NCBI GenBank assembly: GCA_964019425.1
Contig: OZ025799.1
Coordinates: 1,299,230 to 1,319,229, forward strand
Direction: 5' to 3'
From: Flectonema sp. DT1601
Lineage: Eukaryota
DNA: 20,000 nucleotides
Shown: positions 7,489-19,917 of the stretch, piece by piece
Layout of the letters: each line of letters starts with the position of its first letter
Position numbering within the stretch: position 1 is the stretch's first letter
Made by a program: the position numbers and the translations under genes
Notes under the pieces: model-generated
Database searches by the model: none
Told to the model about the DNA's origin: nothing
The model's input: only the letters and a program-made list of their open reading frames with translations

Positions 7489-7595
7489 AACCTTAAAAAG
7501 TAGTTACCCCAGGTAATTAGAAATTGTGTGGCTTTTAGAACTACCAGCCAGAACTAACAGAAATGCCTGCTTGCGGGTAGGGAAGTAAGGGAAAA

Positions 7596-7715
7596 AGCCT
7601 GCAAGCACCCGGGGTTCCCACGTGATCACTCACCGCAGTACTAACCAGGCCTGCTGGTGCTTAACTTCCCAAATCGGGCGGGATGGGGTGCATTCACCAG
7701 AGTATGGCCGCAGGC
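7596..7715 (-). rRNA. rrn5: 5S rRNA
   Basis: Copy of 6376-6495. Confidence 0.97.
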
Positions 7716-7987
7716 AATAGCGGATTTTTTTATTTCTTGGGAGTTTCATGGGGCAACCCACCAGGAAAAAATTTAGAAAATTTTATTGATTTTGCAGAGT
7801 GGGGCTGGGGCTCGGTCTTAGCTTTAACGTTAACGTACGGGCGGCGAAAATTACGTCTTTCGGGGAAGAAAGCCAAAAAAGAAATATATTAAAATTTCTT
7901 TACGCAAAACGTAAAAATAGGAAACACGGTAAGTCTTTGTACATTTCCTTCTACTTGGCAAACACAAGTCCACGGACAATAAAAAAA

Positions 7988-8098
7988 CCCCAAAGGAAGA
8001 AAATTCTTCCTAAGAGGTCAGCTAAATATTCCAAGCAAGCTCGGATGTTGAGACTGTACCAATAAAGTACAGAAACTGTAGCTTTAGAATCGTTGGTT
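7988..8098 (-). ncRNA. SL RNA
   Basis: Copy of 6768-6878. Confidence 0.95.
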
Positions 8099-8205
8099 AA
8101 CCTTAAAAAGTAGTTACCCCAGGTAATTAGAAATTGTGTGGCTTTTAGAACTACCAGCCAGAACTAACAGAAATGCCTGCTTGCGGGTAGGGAAGTAAGG
8201 GAAAA

Positions 8206-8325
8206 AGCCTGCAAGCACCCGGGGTTCCCACGTGATCACTCACCGCAGTACTAACCAGGCCTGCTGGTGCTTAACTTCCCAAATCGGGCGGGATGGGGTG
8301 CATTCACCAGAGTATGGCCGCAGGC
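8206..8325 (-). rRNA. rrn5: 5S rRNA
   Basis: Copy of 6376-6495. Confidence 0.97.
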
Positions 8326-8597
8326 AATAGCGGATTTTTTTATTTCTTGGGAGTTTCATGGGGCAACCCACCAGGAAAAAATTTAGAAAATTTTATTGAT
8401 TTTGCAGAGTGGGGCTGGGGCTCGGTCTTAGCTTTAACGTTAACGTACGGGCGGCGAAAATTACGTCTTTCGGGGAAGAAAGCCAAAAAAGAAATATATT
8501 AAAATTTCTTTACGCAAAACGTAAAAATAGGAAACACGGTAAGTCTTTGTACATTTCCTTCTACTTGGCAAACACAAGTCCACGGACAATAAAAAAA

Positions 8598-8708
8598 CCC
8601 CAAAGGAAGAAAATTCTTCCTAAGAGGTCAGCTAAATATTCCAAGCAAGCTCGGATGTTGAGACTGTACCAATAAAGTACAGAAACTGTAGCTTTAGAAT
8701 CGTTGGTT
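8598..8708 (-). ncRNA. SL RNA
   Basis: Copy of 6768-6878. Confidence 0.95.
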
Positions 8709-8815
8709 AACCTTAAAAAGTAGTTACCCCAGGTAATTAGAAATTGTGTGGCTTTTAGAACTACCAGCCAGAACTAACAGAAATGCCTGCTTGCGGGTAG
8801 GGAAGTAAGGGAAAA

Positions 8816-8935
8816 AGCCTGCAAGCACCCGGGGTTCCCACGTGATCACTCACCGCAGTACTAACCAGGCCTGCTGGTGCTTAACTTCCCAAATCGGGCG
8901 GGATGGGGTGCATTCACCAGAGTATGGCCGCAGGC
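8816..8935 (-). rRNA. rrn5: 5S rRNA
   Basis: Copy of 6376-6495. Confidence 0.97.
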
Positions 8936-9207
8936 AATAGCGGATTTTTTTATTTCTTGGGAGTTTCATGGGGCAACCCACCAGGAAAAAATTTAGAAAA
9001 TTTTATTGATTTTGCAGAGTGGGGCTGGGGCTCGGTCTTAGCTTTAACGTTAACGTACGGGCGGCGAAAATTACGTCTTTCGGGGAAGAAAGCCAAAAAA
9101 GAAATATATTAAAATTTCTTTACGCAAAACGTAAAAATAGGAAACACGGTAAGTCTTTGTACATTTCCTTCTACTTGGCAAACACAAGTCCACGGACAAT
9201 AAAAAAA

Positions 9208-9793
9208 CCCCAAAGGAAGAAAATTCTTCCTAAGAGGTCAGCTAAATATTCCAAGCAAGCTCGGATGTTGAGACTGTACCAATAAAGTACAGTAATTGCG
9301 CTTGCCTTCCATATCATGCACCTGACGAATGAAATGTATAGATGAAACTAATTAAACTAATAAAACAAACTAATGGATCAAACTAGCAAACACAGAGAAG
9401 CTGTCTAAGACAGTTTATTGCGTTGGGGTAGTGGCTGGTGCCCGTTTCGATTCGGCGTGATAAATTTATTAGAATCCAAATTATTTAAACTATAACAAAA
9501 AGACAACTTAGCACCAAAACTCCATGATTTTTTACTGCTAACTGAATTAGCAGCCGAACACCTAGATTTCAAAACCAGATTGCCTACTAAAAGGAGTCCT
9601 TTCTCATCCTATTATACCTTATCTATCTTTCCTAAACCTGCTTATGCGCAGAAATCCAGCATCTTTTCCTTGGGCAAAAACCTTTCTTACTTTTCTAGTA
9701 AGAAAGTTTTCTGCCTAAATTCTGGTGCATTTTGGATGGCTGCGCAATTACTGAAATAAATTTGCAAAAACTGTAGCTTTAGAATCGTTGGTT
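9208..9793 (-). pseudogene. SL RNA gene interrupted by the 475-bp insertion
   Basis: Same junctions as 5683-6268. Confidence 0.85.
9290..9767. mobile_element. MITE-like element in SL exon (copy 2)
   Basis: Extra sequence 9293-9767, appears identical to copy 1. Confidence 0.75.
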
Positions 9794-9900
9794 AACCTTA
9801 AAAAGTAGTTACCCCAGGTAATTAGAAATTGTGTGGCTTTTAGAACTACCAGCCAGAACTAACAGAAATGCCTGCTTGCGGGTAGGGAAGTAAGGGAAAA

Positions 9901-10020
9901 AGCCTGCAAGCACCCGGGGTTCCCACGTGATCACTCACCGCAGTACTAACCAGGCCTGCTGGTGCTTAACTTCCCAAATCGGGCGGGATGGGGTGCATTC
10001 ACCAGAGTATGGCCGCAGGC
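9901..10020 (-). rRNA. rrn5: 5S rRNA
   Basis: Copy of 6376-6495. Confidence 0.97.
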
Positions 10021-10292
10021 AATAGCGGATTTTTTTATTTCTTGGGAGTTTCATGGGGCAACCCACCAGGAAAAAATTTAGAAAATTTTATTGATTTTGC
10101 AGAGTGGGGCTGGGGCTCGGTCTTAGCTTTAACGTTAACGTACGGGCGGCGAAAATTACGTCTTTCGGGGAAGAAAGCCAAAAAAGAAATATATTAAAAT
10201 TTCTTTACGCAAAACGTAAAAATAGGAAACACGGTAAGTCTTTGTACATTTCCTTCTACTTGGCAAACACAAGTCCACGGACAATAAAAAAA

Positions 10293-10403
10293 CCCCAAAG
10301 GAAGAAAATTCTTCCTAAGAGGTCAGCTAAATATTCCAAGCAAGCTCGGATGTTGAGACTGTACCAATAAAGTACAGAAACTGTAGCTTTAGAATCGTTG
10401 GTT
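10293..10403 (-). ncRNA. SL RNA
   Basis: Copy of 6768-6878. Confidence 0.95.
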
Positions 10404-10510
10404 AACCTTAAAAAGTAGTTACCCCAGGTAATTAGAAATTGTGTGGCTTTTAGAACTACCAGCCAGAACTAACAGAAATGCCTGCTTGCGGGTAGGGAAG
10501 TAAGGGAAAA

Positions 10511-10630
10511 AGCCTGCAAGCACCCGGGGTTCCCACGTGATCACTCACCGCAGTACTAACCAGGCCTGCTGGTGCTTAACTTCCCAAATCGGGCGGGATG
10601 GGGTGCATTCACCAGAGTATGGCCGCAGGC
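10511..10630 (-). rRNA. rrn5: 5S rRNA
   Basis: Copy of 6376-6495. Confidence 0.97.
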
Positions 10631-10902
10631 AATAGCGGATTTTTTTATTTCTTGGGAGTTTCATGGGGCAACCCACCAGGAAAAAATTTAGAAAATTTTA
10701 TTGATTTTGCAGAGTGGGGCTGGGGCTCGGTCTTAGCTTTAACGTTAACGTACGGGCGGCGAAAATTACGTCTTTCGGGGAAGAAAGCCAAAAAAGAAAT
10801 ATATTAAAATTTCTTTACGCAAAACGTAAAAATAGGAAACACGGTAAGTCTTTGTACATTTCCTTCTACTTGGCAAACACAAGTCCACGGACAATAAAAA
10901 AA

Positions 10903-11013
10903 CCCCAAAGGAAGAAAATTCTTCCTAAGAGGTCAGCTAAATATTCCAAGCAAGCTCGGATGTTGAGACTGTACCAATAAAGTACAGAAACTGTAGCTTT
11001 AGAATCGTTGGTT
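10903..11013 (-). ncRNA. SL RNA
   Basis: Copy of 6768-6878. Confidence 0.95.
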
Positions 11014-11120
11014 AACCTTAAAAAGTAGTTACCCCAGGTAATTAGAAATTGTGTGGCTTTTAGAACTACCAGCCAGAACTAACAGAAATGCCTGCTTGCG
11101 GGTAGGGAAGTAAGGGAAAA

Positions 11121-11240
11121 AGCCTGCAAGCACCCGGGGTTCCCACGTGATCACTCACCGCAGTACTAACCAGGCCTGCTGGTGCTTAACTTCCCAAATC
11201 GGGCGGGATGGGGTGCATTCACCAGAGTATGGCCGCAGGC
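11121..11240 (-). rRNA. rrn5: 5S rRNA
   Basis: Copy of 6376-6495. Confidence 0.97.
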
Positions 11241-11512
11241 AATAGCGGATTTTTTTATTTCTTGGGAGTTTCATGGGGCAACCCACCAGGAAAAAATTTA
11301 GAAAATTTTATTGATTTTGCAGAGTGGGGCTGGGGCTCGGTCTTAGCTTTAACGTTAACGTACGGGCGGCGAAAATTACGTCTTTCGGGGAAGAAAGCCA
11401 AAAAAGAAATATATTAAAATTTCTTTACGCAAAACGTAAAAATAGGAAACACGGTAAGTCTTTGTACATTTCCTTCTACTTGGCAAACACAAGTCCACGG
11501 ACAATAAAAAAA

Positions 11513-11623
11513 CCCCAAAGGAAGAAAATTCTTCCTAAGAGGTCAGCTAAATATTCCAAGCAAGCTCGGATGTTGAGACTGTACCAATAAAGTACAGAAA
11601 CTGTAGCTTTAGAATCGTTGGTT
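11513..11623 (-). ncRNA. SL RNA
   Basis: Copy of 6768-6878. Confidence 0.95.
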
Positions 11624-11730
11624 AACCTTAAAAAGTAGTTACCCCAGGTAATTAGAAATTGTGTGGCTTTTAGAACTACCAGCCAGAACTAACAGAAATG
11701 CCTGCTTGCGGGTAGGGAAGTAAGGGAAAA

Positions 11731-11850
11731 AGCCTGCAAGCACCCGGGGTTCCCACGTGATCACTCACCGCAGTACTAACCAGGCCTGCTGGTGCTTAAC
11801 TTCCCAAATCGGGCGGGATGGGGTGCATTCACCAGAGTATGGCCGCAGGC
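11731..11850 (-). rRNA. rrn5: 5S rRNA
   Basis: Copy of 6376-6495. Confidence 0.97.
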
Positions 11851-12122
11851 AATAGCGGATTTTTTTATTTCTTGGGAGTTTCATGGGGCAACCCACCAGG
11901 AAAAAATTTAGAAAATTTTATTGATTTTGCAGAGTGGGGCTGGGGCTCGGTCTTAGCTTTAACGTTAACGTACGGGCGGCGAAAATTACGTCTTTCGGGG
12001 AAGAAAGCCAAAAAAGAAATATATTAAAATTTCTTTACGCAAAACGTAAAAATAGGAAACACGGTAAGTCTTTGTACATTTCCTTCTACTTGGCAAACAC
12101 AAGTCCACGGACAATAAAAAAA

Positions 12123-12233
12123 CCCCAAAGGAAGAAAATTCTTCCTAAGAGGTCAGCTAAATATTCCAAGCAAGCTCGGATGTTGAGACTGTACCAATAA
12201 AGTACAGAAACTGTAGCTTTAGAATCGTTGGTT
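12123..12233 (-). ncRNA. SL RNA
   Basis: Copy of 6768-6878. Confidence 0.95.
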
Positions 12234-12340
12234 AACCTTAAAAAGTAGTTACCCCAGGTAATTAGAAATTGTGTGGCTTTTAGAACTACCAGCCAGAACT
12301 AACAGAAATGCCTGCTTGCGGGTAGGGAAGTAAGGGAAAA

Positions 12341-12460
12341 AGCCTGCAAGCACCCGGGGTTCCCACGTGATCACTCACCGCAGTACTAACCAGGCCTGCT
12401 GGTGCTTAACTTCCCAAATCGGGCGGGATGGGGTGCATTCACCAGAGTATGGCCGCAGGC
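12341..12460 (-). rRNA. rrn5: 5S rRNA
   Basis: Copy of 6376-6495. Confidence 0.97.
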
Positions 12461-12732
12461 AATAGCGGATTTTTTTATTTCTTGGGAGTTTCATGGGGCA
12501 ACCCACCAGGAAAAAATTTAGAAAATTTTATTGATTTTGCAGAGTGGGGCTGGGGCTCGGTCTTAGCTTTAACGTTAACGTACGGGCGGCGAAAATTACG
12601 TCTTTCGGGGAAGAAAGCCAAAAAAGAAATATATTAAAATTTCTTTACGCAAAACGTAAAAATAGGAAACACGGTAAGTCTTTGTACATTTCCTTCTACT
12701 TGGCAAACACAAGTCCACGGACAATAAAAAAA

Positions 12733-12843
12733 CCCCAAAGGAAGAAAATTCTTCCTAAGAGGTCAGCTAAATATTCCAAGCAAGCTCGGATGTTGAGACT
12801 GTACCAATAAAGTACAGAAACTGTAGCTTTAGAATCGTTGGTT
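12733..12843 (-). ncRNA. SL RNA
   Basis: Copy of 6768-6878. Confidence 0.95.
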
Positions 12844-12950
12844 AACCTTAAAAAGTAGTTACCCCAGGTAATTAGAAATTGTGTGGCTTTTAGAACTACC
12901 AGCCAGAACTAACAGAAATGCCTGCTTGCGGGTAGGGAAGTAAGGGAAAA

Positions 12951-13070
12951 AGCCTGCAAGCACCCGGGGTTCCCACGTGATCACTCACCGCAGTACTAAC
13001 CAGGCCTGCTGGTGCTTAACTTCCCAAATCGGGCGGGATGGGGTGCATTCACCAGAGTATGGCCGCAGGC
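12951..13070 (-). rRNA. rrn5: 5S rRNA
   Basis: Copy of 6376-6495. Confidence 0.97.
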
Positions 13071-13342
13071 AATAGCGGATTTTTTTATTTCTTGGGAGTT
13101 TCATGGGGCAACCCACCAGGAAAAAATTTAGAAAATTTTATTGATTTTGCAGAGTGGGGCTGGGGCTCGGTCTTAGCTTTAACGTTAACGTACGGGCGGC
13201 GAAAATTACGTCTTTCGGGGAAGAAAGCCAAAAAAGAAATATATTAAAATTTCTTTACGCAAAACGTAAAAATAGGAAACACGGTAAGTCTTTGTACATT
13301 TCCTTCTACTTGGCAAACACAAGTCCACGGACAATAAAAAAA

Positions 13343-13453
13343 CCCCAAAGGAAGAAAATTCTTCCTAAGAGGTCAGCTAAATATTCCAAGCAAGCTCGGA
13401 TGTTGAGACTGTACCAATAAAGTACAGAAACTGTAGCTTTAGAATCGTTGGTT
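13343..13453 (-). ncRNA. SL RNA
   Basis: Copy of 6768-6878. Confidence 0.95.
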
Positions 13454-13560
13454 AACCTTAAAAAGTAGTTACCCCAGGTAATTAGAAATTGTGTGGCTTT
13501 TAGAACTACCAGCCAGAACTAACAGAAATGCCTGCTTGCGGGTAGGGAAGTAAGGGAAAA

Positions 13561-13680
13561 AGCCTGCAAGCACCCGGGGTTCCCACGTGATCACTCACCG
13601 CAGTACTAACCAGGCCTGCTGGTGCTTAACTTCCCAAATCGGGCGGGATGGGGTGCATTCACCAGAGTATGGCCGCAGGC
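13561..13680 (-). rRNA. rrn5: 5S rRNA
   Basis: Copy of 6376-6495. Confidence 0.97.
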
Positions 13681-13952
13681 AATAGCGGATTTTTTTATTT
13701 CTTGGGAGTTTCATGGGGCAACCCACCAGGAAAAAATTTAGAAAATTTTATTGATTTTGCAGAGTGGGGCTGGGGCTCGGTCTTAGCTTTAACGTTAACG
13801 TACGGGCGGCGAAAATTACGTCTTTCGGGGAAGAAAGCCAAAAAAGAAATATATTAAAATTTCTTTACGCAAAACGTAAAAATAGGAAACACGGTAAGTC
13901 TTTGTACATTTCCTTCTACTTGGCAAACACAAGTCCACGGACAATAAAAAAA

Positions 13953-14063
13953 CCCCAAAGGAAGAAAATTCTTCCTAAGAGGTCAGCTAAATATTCCAAG
14001 CAAGCTCGGATGTTGAGACTGTACCAATAAAGTACAGAAACTGTAGCTTTAGAATCGTTGGTT
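13953..14063 (-). ncRNA. SL RNA
   Basis: Copy of 6768-6878. Confidence 0.95.
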
Positions 14064-14170
14064 AACCTTAAAAAGTAGTTACCCCAGGTAATTAGAAATT
14101 GTGTGGCTTTTAGAACTACCAGCCAGAACTAACAGAAATGCCTGCTTGCGGGTAGGGAAGTAAGGGAAAA

Positions 14171-14290
14171 AGCCTGCAAGCACCCGGGGTTCCCACGTGA
14201 TCACTCACCGCAGTACTAACCAGGCCTGCTGGTGCTTAACTTCCCAAATCGGGCGGGATGGGGTGCATTCACCAGAGTATGGCCGCAGGC
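14171..14290 (-). rRNA. rrn5: 5S rRNA
   Basis: Copy of 6376-6495. Confidence 0.97.
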
Positions 14291-14562
14291 AATAGCGGAT
14301 TTTTTTATTTCTTGGGAGTTTCATGGGGCAACCCACCAGGAAAAAATTTAGAAAATTTTATTGATTTTGCAGAGTGGGGCTGGGGCTCGGTCTTAGCTTT
14401 AACGTTAACGTACGGGCGGCGAAAATTACGTCTTTCGGGGAAGAAAGCCAAAAAAGAAATATATTAAAATTTCTTTACGCAAAACGTAAAAATAGGAAAC
14501 ACGGTAAGTCTTTGTACATTTCCTTCTACTTGGCAAACACAAGTCCACGGACAATAAAAAAA

Positions 14563-14673
14563 CCCCAAAGGAAGAAAATTCTTCCTAAGAGGTCAGCTAA
14601 ATATTCCAAGCAAGCTCGGATGTTGAGACTGTACCAATAAAGTACAGAAACTGTAGCTTTAGAATCGTTGGTT
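14563..14673 (-). ncRNA. SL RNA
   Basis: Copy of 6768-6878. Confidence 0.95.
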
Positions 14674-14780
14674 AACCTTAAAAAGTAGTTACCCCAGGTA
14701 ATTAGAAATTGTGTGGCTTTTAGAACTACCAGCCAGAACTAACAGAAATGCCTGCTTGCGGGTAGGGAAGTAAGGGAAAA

Positions 14781-14900
14781 AGCCTGCAAGCACCCGGGGT
14801 TCCCACGTGATCACTCACCGCAGTACTAACCAGGCCTGCTGGTGCTTAACTTCCCAAATCGGGCGGGATGGGGTGCATTCACCAGAGTATGGCCGCAGGC
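14781..14900 (-). rRNA. rrn5: 5S rRNA
   Basis: Copy of 6376-6495. Confidence 0.97.
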
Positions 14901-15172
14901 AATAGCGGATTTTTTTATTTCTTGGGAGTTTCATGGGGCAACCCACCAGGAAAAAATTTAGAAAATTTTATTGATTTTGCAGAGTGGGGCTGGGGCTCGG
15001 TCTTAGCTTTAACGTTAACGTACGGGCGGCGAAAATTACGTCTTTCGGGGAAGAAAGCCAAAAAAGAAATATATTAAAATTTCTTTACGCAAAACGTAAA
15101 AATAGGAAACACGGTAAGTCTTTGTACATTTCCTTCTACTTGGCAAACACAAGTCCACGGACAATAAAAAAA

Positions 15173-15758
15173 CCCCAAAGGAAGAAAATTCTTCCTAAGA
15201 GGTCAGCTAAATATTCCAAGCAAGCTCGGATGTTGAGACTGTACCAATAAAGTACAGTAATTGCGCTTGCCTTCCATATCATGCACCTGACGAATGAAAT
15301 GTATAGATGAAACTAATTAAACTAATAAAACAAACTAATGGATCAAACTAGCAAACACAGAGAAGCTGTCTAAGACAGTTTATTGCGTTGGGGTAGTGGC
15401 TGGTGCCCGTTTCGATTCGGCGTGATAAATTTATTAGAATCCAAATTATTTAAACTATAACAAAAAGACAACTTAGCACCAAAACTCCATGATTTTTTAC
15501 TGCTAACTGAATTAGCAGCCGAACACCTAGATTTCAAAACCAGATTGCCTACTAAAAGGAGTCCTTTCTCATCCTATTATACCTTATCTATCTTTCCTAA
15601 ACCTGCTTATGCGCAGAAATCCAGCATCTTTTCCTTGGGCAAAAACCTTTCTTACTTTTCTAGTAAGAAAGTTTTCTGCCTAAATTCTGGTGCATTTTGG
15701 ATGGCTGCGCAATTACTGAAATAAATTTGCAAAAACTGTAGCTTTAGAATCGTTGGTT
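15173..15758 (-). pseudogene. SL RNA gene interrupted by the 475-bp insertion
   Basis: Same junctions as 5683-6268. Confidence 0.85.
15255..15732. mobile_element. MITE-like element in SL exon (copy 3)
   Basis: Extra sequence 15258-15732, appears identical to copy 1. Confidence 0.75.
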
Positions 15759-15865
15759 AACCTTAAAAAGTAGTTACCCCAGGTAATTAGAAATTGTGTG
15801 GCTTTTAGAACTACCAGCCAGAACTAACAGAAATGCCTGCTTGCGGGTAGGGAAGTAAGGGAAAA

Positions 15866-15985
15866 AGCCTGCAAGCACCCGGGGTTCCCACGTGATCACT
15901 CACCGCAGTACTAACCAGGCCTGCTGGTGCTTAACTTCCCAAATCGGGCGGGATGGGGTGCATTCACCAGAGTATGGCCGCAGGC
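15866..15985 (-). rRNA. rrn5: 5S rRNA
   Basis: Copy of 6376-6495. Confidence 0.97.
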
Positions 15986-16257
15986 AATAGCGGATTTTTT
16001 TATTTCTTGGGAGTTTCATGGGGCAACCCACCAGGAAAAAATTTAGAAAATTTTATTGATTTTGCAGAGTGGGGCTGGGGCTCGGTCTTAGCTTTAACGT
16101 TAACGTACGGGCGGCGAAAATTACGTCTTTCGGGGAAGAAAGCCAAAAAAGAAATATATTAAAATTTCTTTACGCAAAACGTAAAAATAGGAAACACGGT
16201 AAGTCTTTGTACATTTCCTTCTACTTGGCAAACACAAGTCCACGGACAATAAAAAAA

Positions 16258-16368
16258 CCCCAAAGGAAGAAAATTCTTCCTAAGAGGTCAGCTAAATATT
16301 CCAAGCAAGCTCGGATGTTGAGACTGTACCAATAAAGTACAGAAACTGTAGCTTTAGAATCGTTGGTT
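16258..16368 (-). ncRNA. SL RNA
   Basis: Copy of 6768-6878. Confidence 0.95.
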
Positions 16369-16475
16369 AACCTTAAAAAGTAGTTACCCCAGGTAATTAG
16401 AAATTGTGTGGCTTTTAGAACTACCAGCCAGAACTAACAGAAATGCCTGCTTGCGGGTAGGGAAGTAAGGGAAAA

Positions 16476-16595
16476 AGCCTGCAAGCACCCGGGGTTCCCA
16501 CGTGATCACTCACCGCAGTACTAACCAGGCCTGCTGGTGCTTAACTTCCCAAATCGGGCGGGATGGGGTGCATTCACCAGAGTATGGCCGCAGGC
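16476..16595 (-). rRNA. rrn5: 5S rRNA
   Basis: Copy of 6376-6495. Confidence 0.97.
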
Positions 16596-16867
16596 AATAG
16601 CGGATTTTTTTATTTCTTGGGAGTTTCATGGGGCAACCCACCAGGAAAAAATTTAGAAAATTTTATTGATTTTGCAGAGTGGGGCTGGGGCTCGGTCTTA
16701 GCTTTAACGTTAACGTACGGGCGGCGAAAATTACGTCTTTCGGGGAAGAAAGCCAAAAAAGAAATATATTAAAATTTCTTTACGCAAAACGTAAAAATAG
16801 GAAACACGGTAAGTCTTTGTACATTTCCTTCTACTTGGCAAACACAAGTCCACGGACAATAAAAAAA

Positions 16868-16978
16868 CCCCAAAGGAAGAAAATTCTTCCTAAGAGGTCA
16901 GCTAAATATTCCAAGCAAGCTCGGATGTTGAGACTGTACCAATAAAGTACAGAAACTGTAGCTTTAGAATCGTTGGTT
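16868..16978 (-). ncRNA. SL RNA
   Basis: Copy of 6768-6878. Confidence 0.95.
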
Positions 16979-17085
16979 AACCTTAAAAAGTAGTTACCCC
17001 AGGTAATTAGAAATTGTGTGGCTTTTAGAACTACCAGCCAGAACTAACAGAAATGCCTGCTTGCGGGTAGGGAAGTAAGGGAAAA

Positions 17086-17205
17086 AGCCTGCAAGCACCC
17101 GGGGTTCCCACGTGATCACTCACCGCAGTACTAACCAGGCCTGCTGGTGCTTAACTTCCCAAATCGGGCGGGATGGGGTGCATTCACCAGAGTATGGCCG
17201 CAGGC
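17086..17205 (-). rRNA. rrn5: 5S rRNA
   Basis: Copy of 6376-6495. Confidence 0.97.
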
Positions 17206-17477
17206 AATAGCGGATTTTTTTATTTCTTGGGAGTTTCATGGGGCAACCCACCAGGAAAAAATTTAGAAAATTTTATTGATTTTGCAGAGTGGGGCTGGGG
17301 CTCGGTCTTAGCTTTAACGTTAACGTACGGGCGGCGAAAATTACGTCTTTCGGGGAAGAAAGCCAAAAAAGAAATATATTAAAATTTCTTTACGCAAAAC
17401 GTAAAAATAGGAAACACGGTAAGTCTTTGTACATTTCCTTCTACTTGGCAAACACAAGTCCACGGACAATAAAAAAA

Positions 17478-17588
17478 CCCCAAAGGAAGAAAATTCTTCC
17501 TAAGAGGTCAGCTAAATATTCCAAGCAAGCTCGGATGTTGAGACTGTACCAATAAAGTACAGAAACTGTAGCTTTAGAATCGTTGGTT
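17478..17588 (-). ncRNA. SL RNA
   Basis: Copy of 6768-6878. Confidence 0.95.
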
Positions 17589-17695
17589 AACCTTAAAAAG
17601 TAGTTACCCCAGGTAATTAGAAATTGTGTGGCTTTTAGAACTACCAGCCAGAACTAACAGAAATGCCTGCTTGCGGGTAGGGAAGTAAGGGAAAA

Positions 17696-17815
17696 AGCCT
17701 GCAAGCACCCGGGGTTCCCACGTGATCACTCACCGCAGTACTAACCAGGCCTGCTGGTGCTTAACTTCCCAAATCGGGCGGGATGGGGTGCATTCACCAG
17801 AGTATGGCCGCAGGC
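17696..17815 (-). rRNA. rrn5: 5S rRNA
   Basis: Copy of 6376-6495. Confidence 0.97.
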
Positions 17816-18087
17816 AATAGCGGATTTTTTTATTTCTTGGGAGTTTCATGGGGCAACCCACCAGGAAAAAATTTAGAAAATTTTATTGATTTTGCAGAGT
17901 GGGGCTGGGGCTCGGTCTTAGCTTTAACGTTAACGTACGGGCGGCGAAAATTACGTCTTTCGGGGAAGAAAGCCAAAAAAGAAATATATTAAAATTTCTT
18001 TACGCAAAACGTAAAAATAGGAAACACGGTAAGTCTTTGTACATTTCCTTCTACTTGGCAAACACAAGTCCACGGACAATAAAAAAA

Positions 18088-18198
18088 CCCCAAAGGAAGA
18101 AAATTCTTCCTAAGAGGTCAGCTAAATATTCCAAGCAAGCTCGGATGTTGAGACTGTACCAATAAAGTACAGAAACTGTAGCTTTAGAATCGTTGGTT
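18088..18198 (-). ncRNA. SL RNA
   Basis: Copy of 6768-6878. Confidence 0.95.
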
Positions 18199-18305
18199 AA
18201 CCTTAAAAAGTAGTTACCCCAGGTAATTAGAAATTGTGTGGCTTTTAGAACTACCAGCCAGAACTAACAGAAATGCCTGCTTGCGGGTAGGGAAGTAAGG
18301 GAAAA

Positions 18306-18425
18306 AGCCTGCAAGCACCCGGGGTTCCCACGTGATCACTCACCGCAGTACTAACCAGGCCTGCTGGTGCTTAACTTCCCAAATCGGGCGGGATGGGGTG
18401 CATTCACCAGAGTATGGCCGCAGGC
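18306..18425 (-). rRNA. rrn5: 5S rRNA
   Basis: Copy of 6376-6495. Confidence 0.97.
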
Positions 18426-18697
18426 AATAGCGGATTTTTTTATTTCTTGGGAGTTTCATGGGGCAACCCACCAGGAAAAAATTTAGAAAATTTTATTGAT
18501 TTTGCAGAGTGGGGCTGGGGCTCGGTCTTAGCTTTAACGTTAACGTACGGGCGGCGAAAATTACGTCTTTCGGGGAAGAAAGCCAAAAAAGAAATATATT
18601 AAAATTTCTTTACGCAAAACGTAAAAATAGGAAACACGGTAAGTCTTTGTACATTTCCTTCTACTTGGCAAACACAAGTCCACGGACAATAAAAAAA

Positions 18698-18808
18698 CCC
18701 CAAAGGAAGAAAATTCTTCCTAAGAGGTCAGCTAAATATTCCAAGCAAGCTCGGATGTTGAGACTGTACCAATAAAGTACAGAAACTGTAGCTTTAGAAT
18801 CGTTGGTT
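18698..18808 (-). ncRNA. SL RNA
   Basis: Copy of 6768-6878. Confidence 0.95.
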
Positions 18809-18915
18809 AACCTTAAAAAGTAGTTACCCCAGGTAATTAGAAATTGTGTGGCTTTTAGAACTACCAGCCAGAACTAACAGAAATGCCTGCTTGCGGGTAG
18901 GGAAGTAAGGGAAAA

Positions 18916-19035
18916 AGCCTGCAAGCACCCGGGGTTCCCACGTGATCACTCACCGCAGTACTAACCAGGCCTGCTGGTGCTTAACTTCCCAAATCGGGCG
19001 GGATGGGGTGCATTCACCAGAGTATGGCCGCAGGC
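18916..19035 (-). rRNA. rrn5: 5S rRNA
   Basis: Copy of 6376-6495. Confidence 0.97.
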
Positions 19036-19307
19036 AATAGCGGATTTTTTTATTTCTTGGGAGTTTCATGGGGCAACCCACCAGGAAAAAATTTAGAAAA
19101 TTTTATTGATTTTGCAGAGTGGGGCTGGGGCTCGGTCTTAGCTTTAACGTTAACGTACGGGCGGCGAAAATTACGTCTTTCGGGGAAGAAAGCCAAAAAA
19201 GAAATATATTAAAATTTCTTTACGCAAAACGTAAAAATAGGAAACACGGTAAGTCTTTGTACATTTCCTTCTACTTGGCAAACACAAGTCCACGGACAAT
19301 AAAAAAA

Positions 19308-19418
19308 CCCCAAAGGAAGAAAATTCTTCCTAAGAGGTCAGCTAAATATTCCAAGCAAGCTCGGATGTTGAGACTGTACCAATAAAGTACAGAAACTGTA
19401 GCTTTAGAATCGTTGGTT
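19308..19418 (-). ncRNA. SL RNA
   Basis: Copy of 6768-6878. Confidence 0.95.
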
Positions 19419-19525
19419 AACCTTAAAAAGTAGTTACCCCAGGTAATTAGAAATTGTGTGGCTTTTAGAACTACCAGCCAGAACTAACAGAAATGCCTGC
19501 TTGCGGGTAGGGAAGTAAGGGAAAA

Positions 19526-19645
19526 AGCCTGCAAGCACCCGGGGTTCCCACGTGATCACTCACCGCAGTACTAACCAGGCCTGCTGGTGCTTAACTTCCC
19601 AAATCGGGCGGGATGGGGTGCATTCACCAGAGTATGGCCGCAGGC
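19526..19645 (-). rRNA. rrn5: 5S rRNA
   Basis: Copy of 6376-6495. Confidence 0.97.
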
Positions 19646-19917
19646 AATAGCGGATTTTTTTATTTCTTGGGAGTTTCATGGGGCAACCCACCAGGAAAAA
19701 ATTTAGAAAATTTTATTGATTTTGCAGAGTGGGGCTGGGGCTCGGTCTTAGCTTTAACGTTAACGTACGGGCGGCGAAAATTACGTCTTTCGGGGAAGAA
19801 AGCCAAAAAAGAAATATATTAAAATTTCTTTACGCAAAACGTAAAAATAGGAAACACGGTAAGTCTTTGTACATTTCCTTCTACTTGGCAAACACAAGTC
19901 CACGGACAATAAAAAAA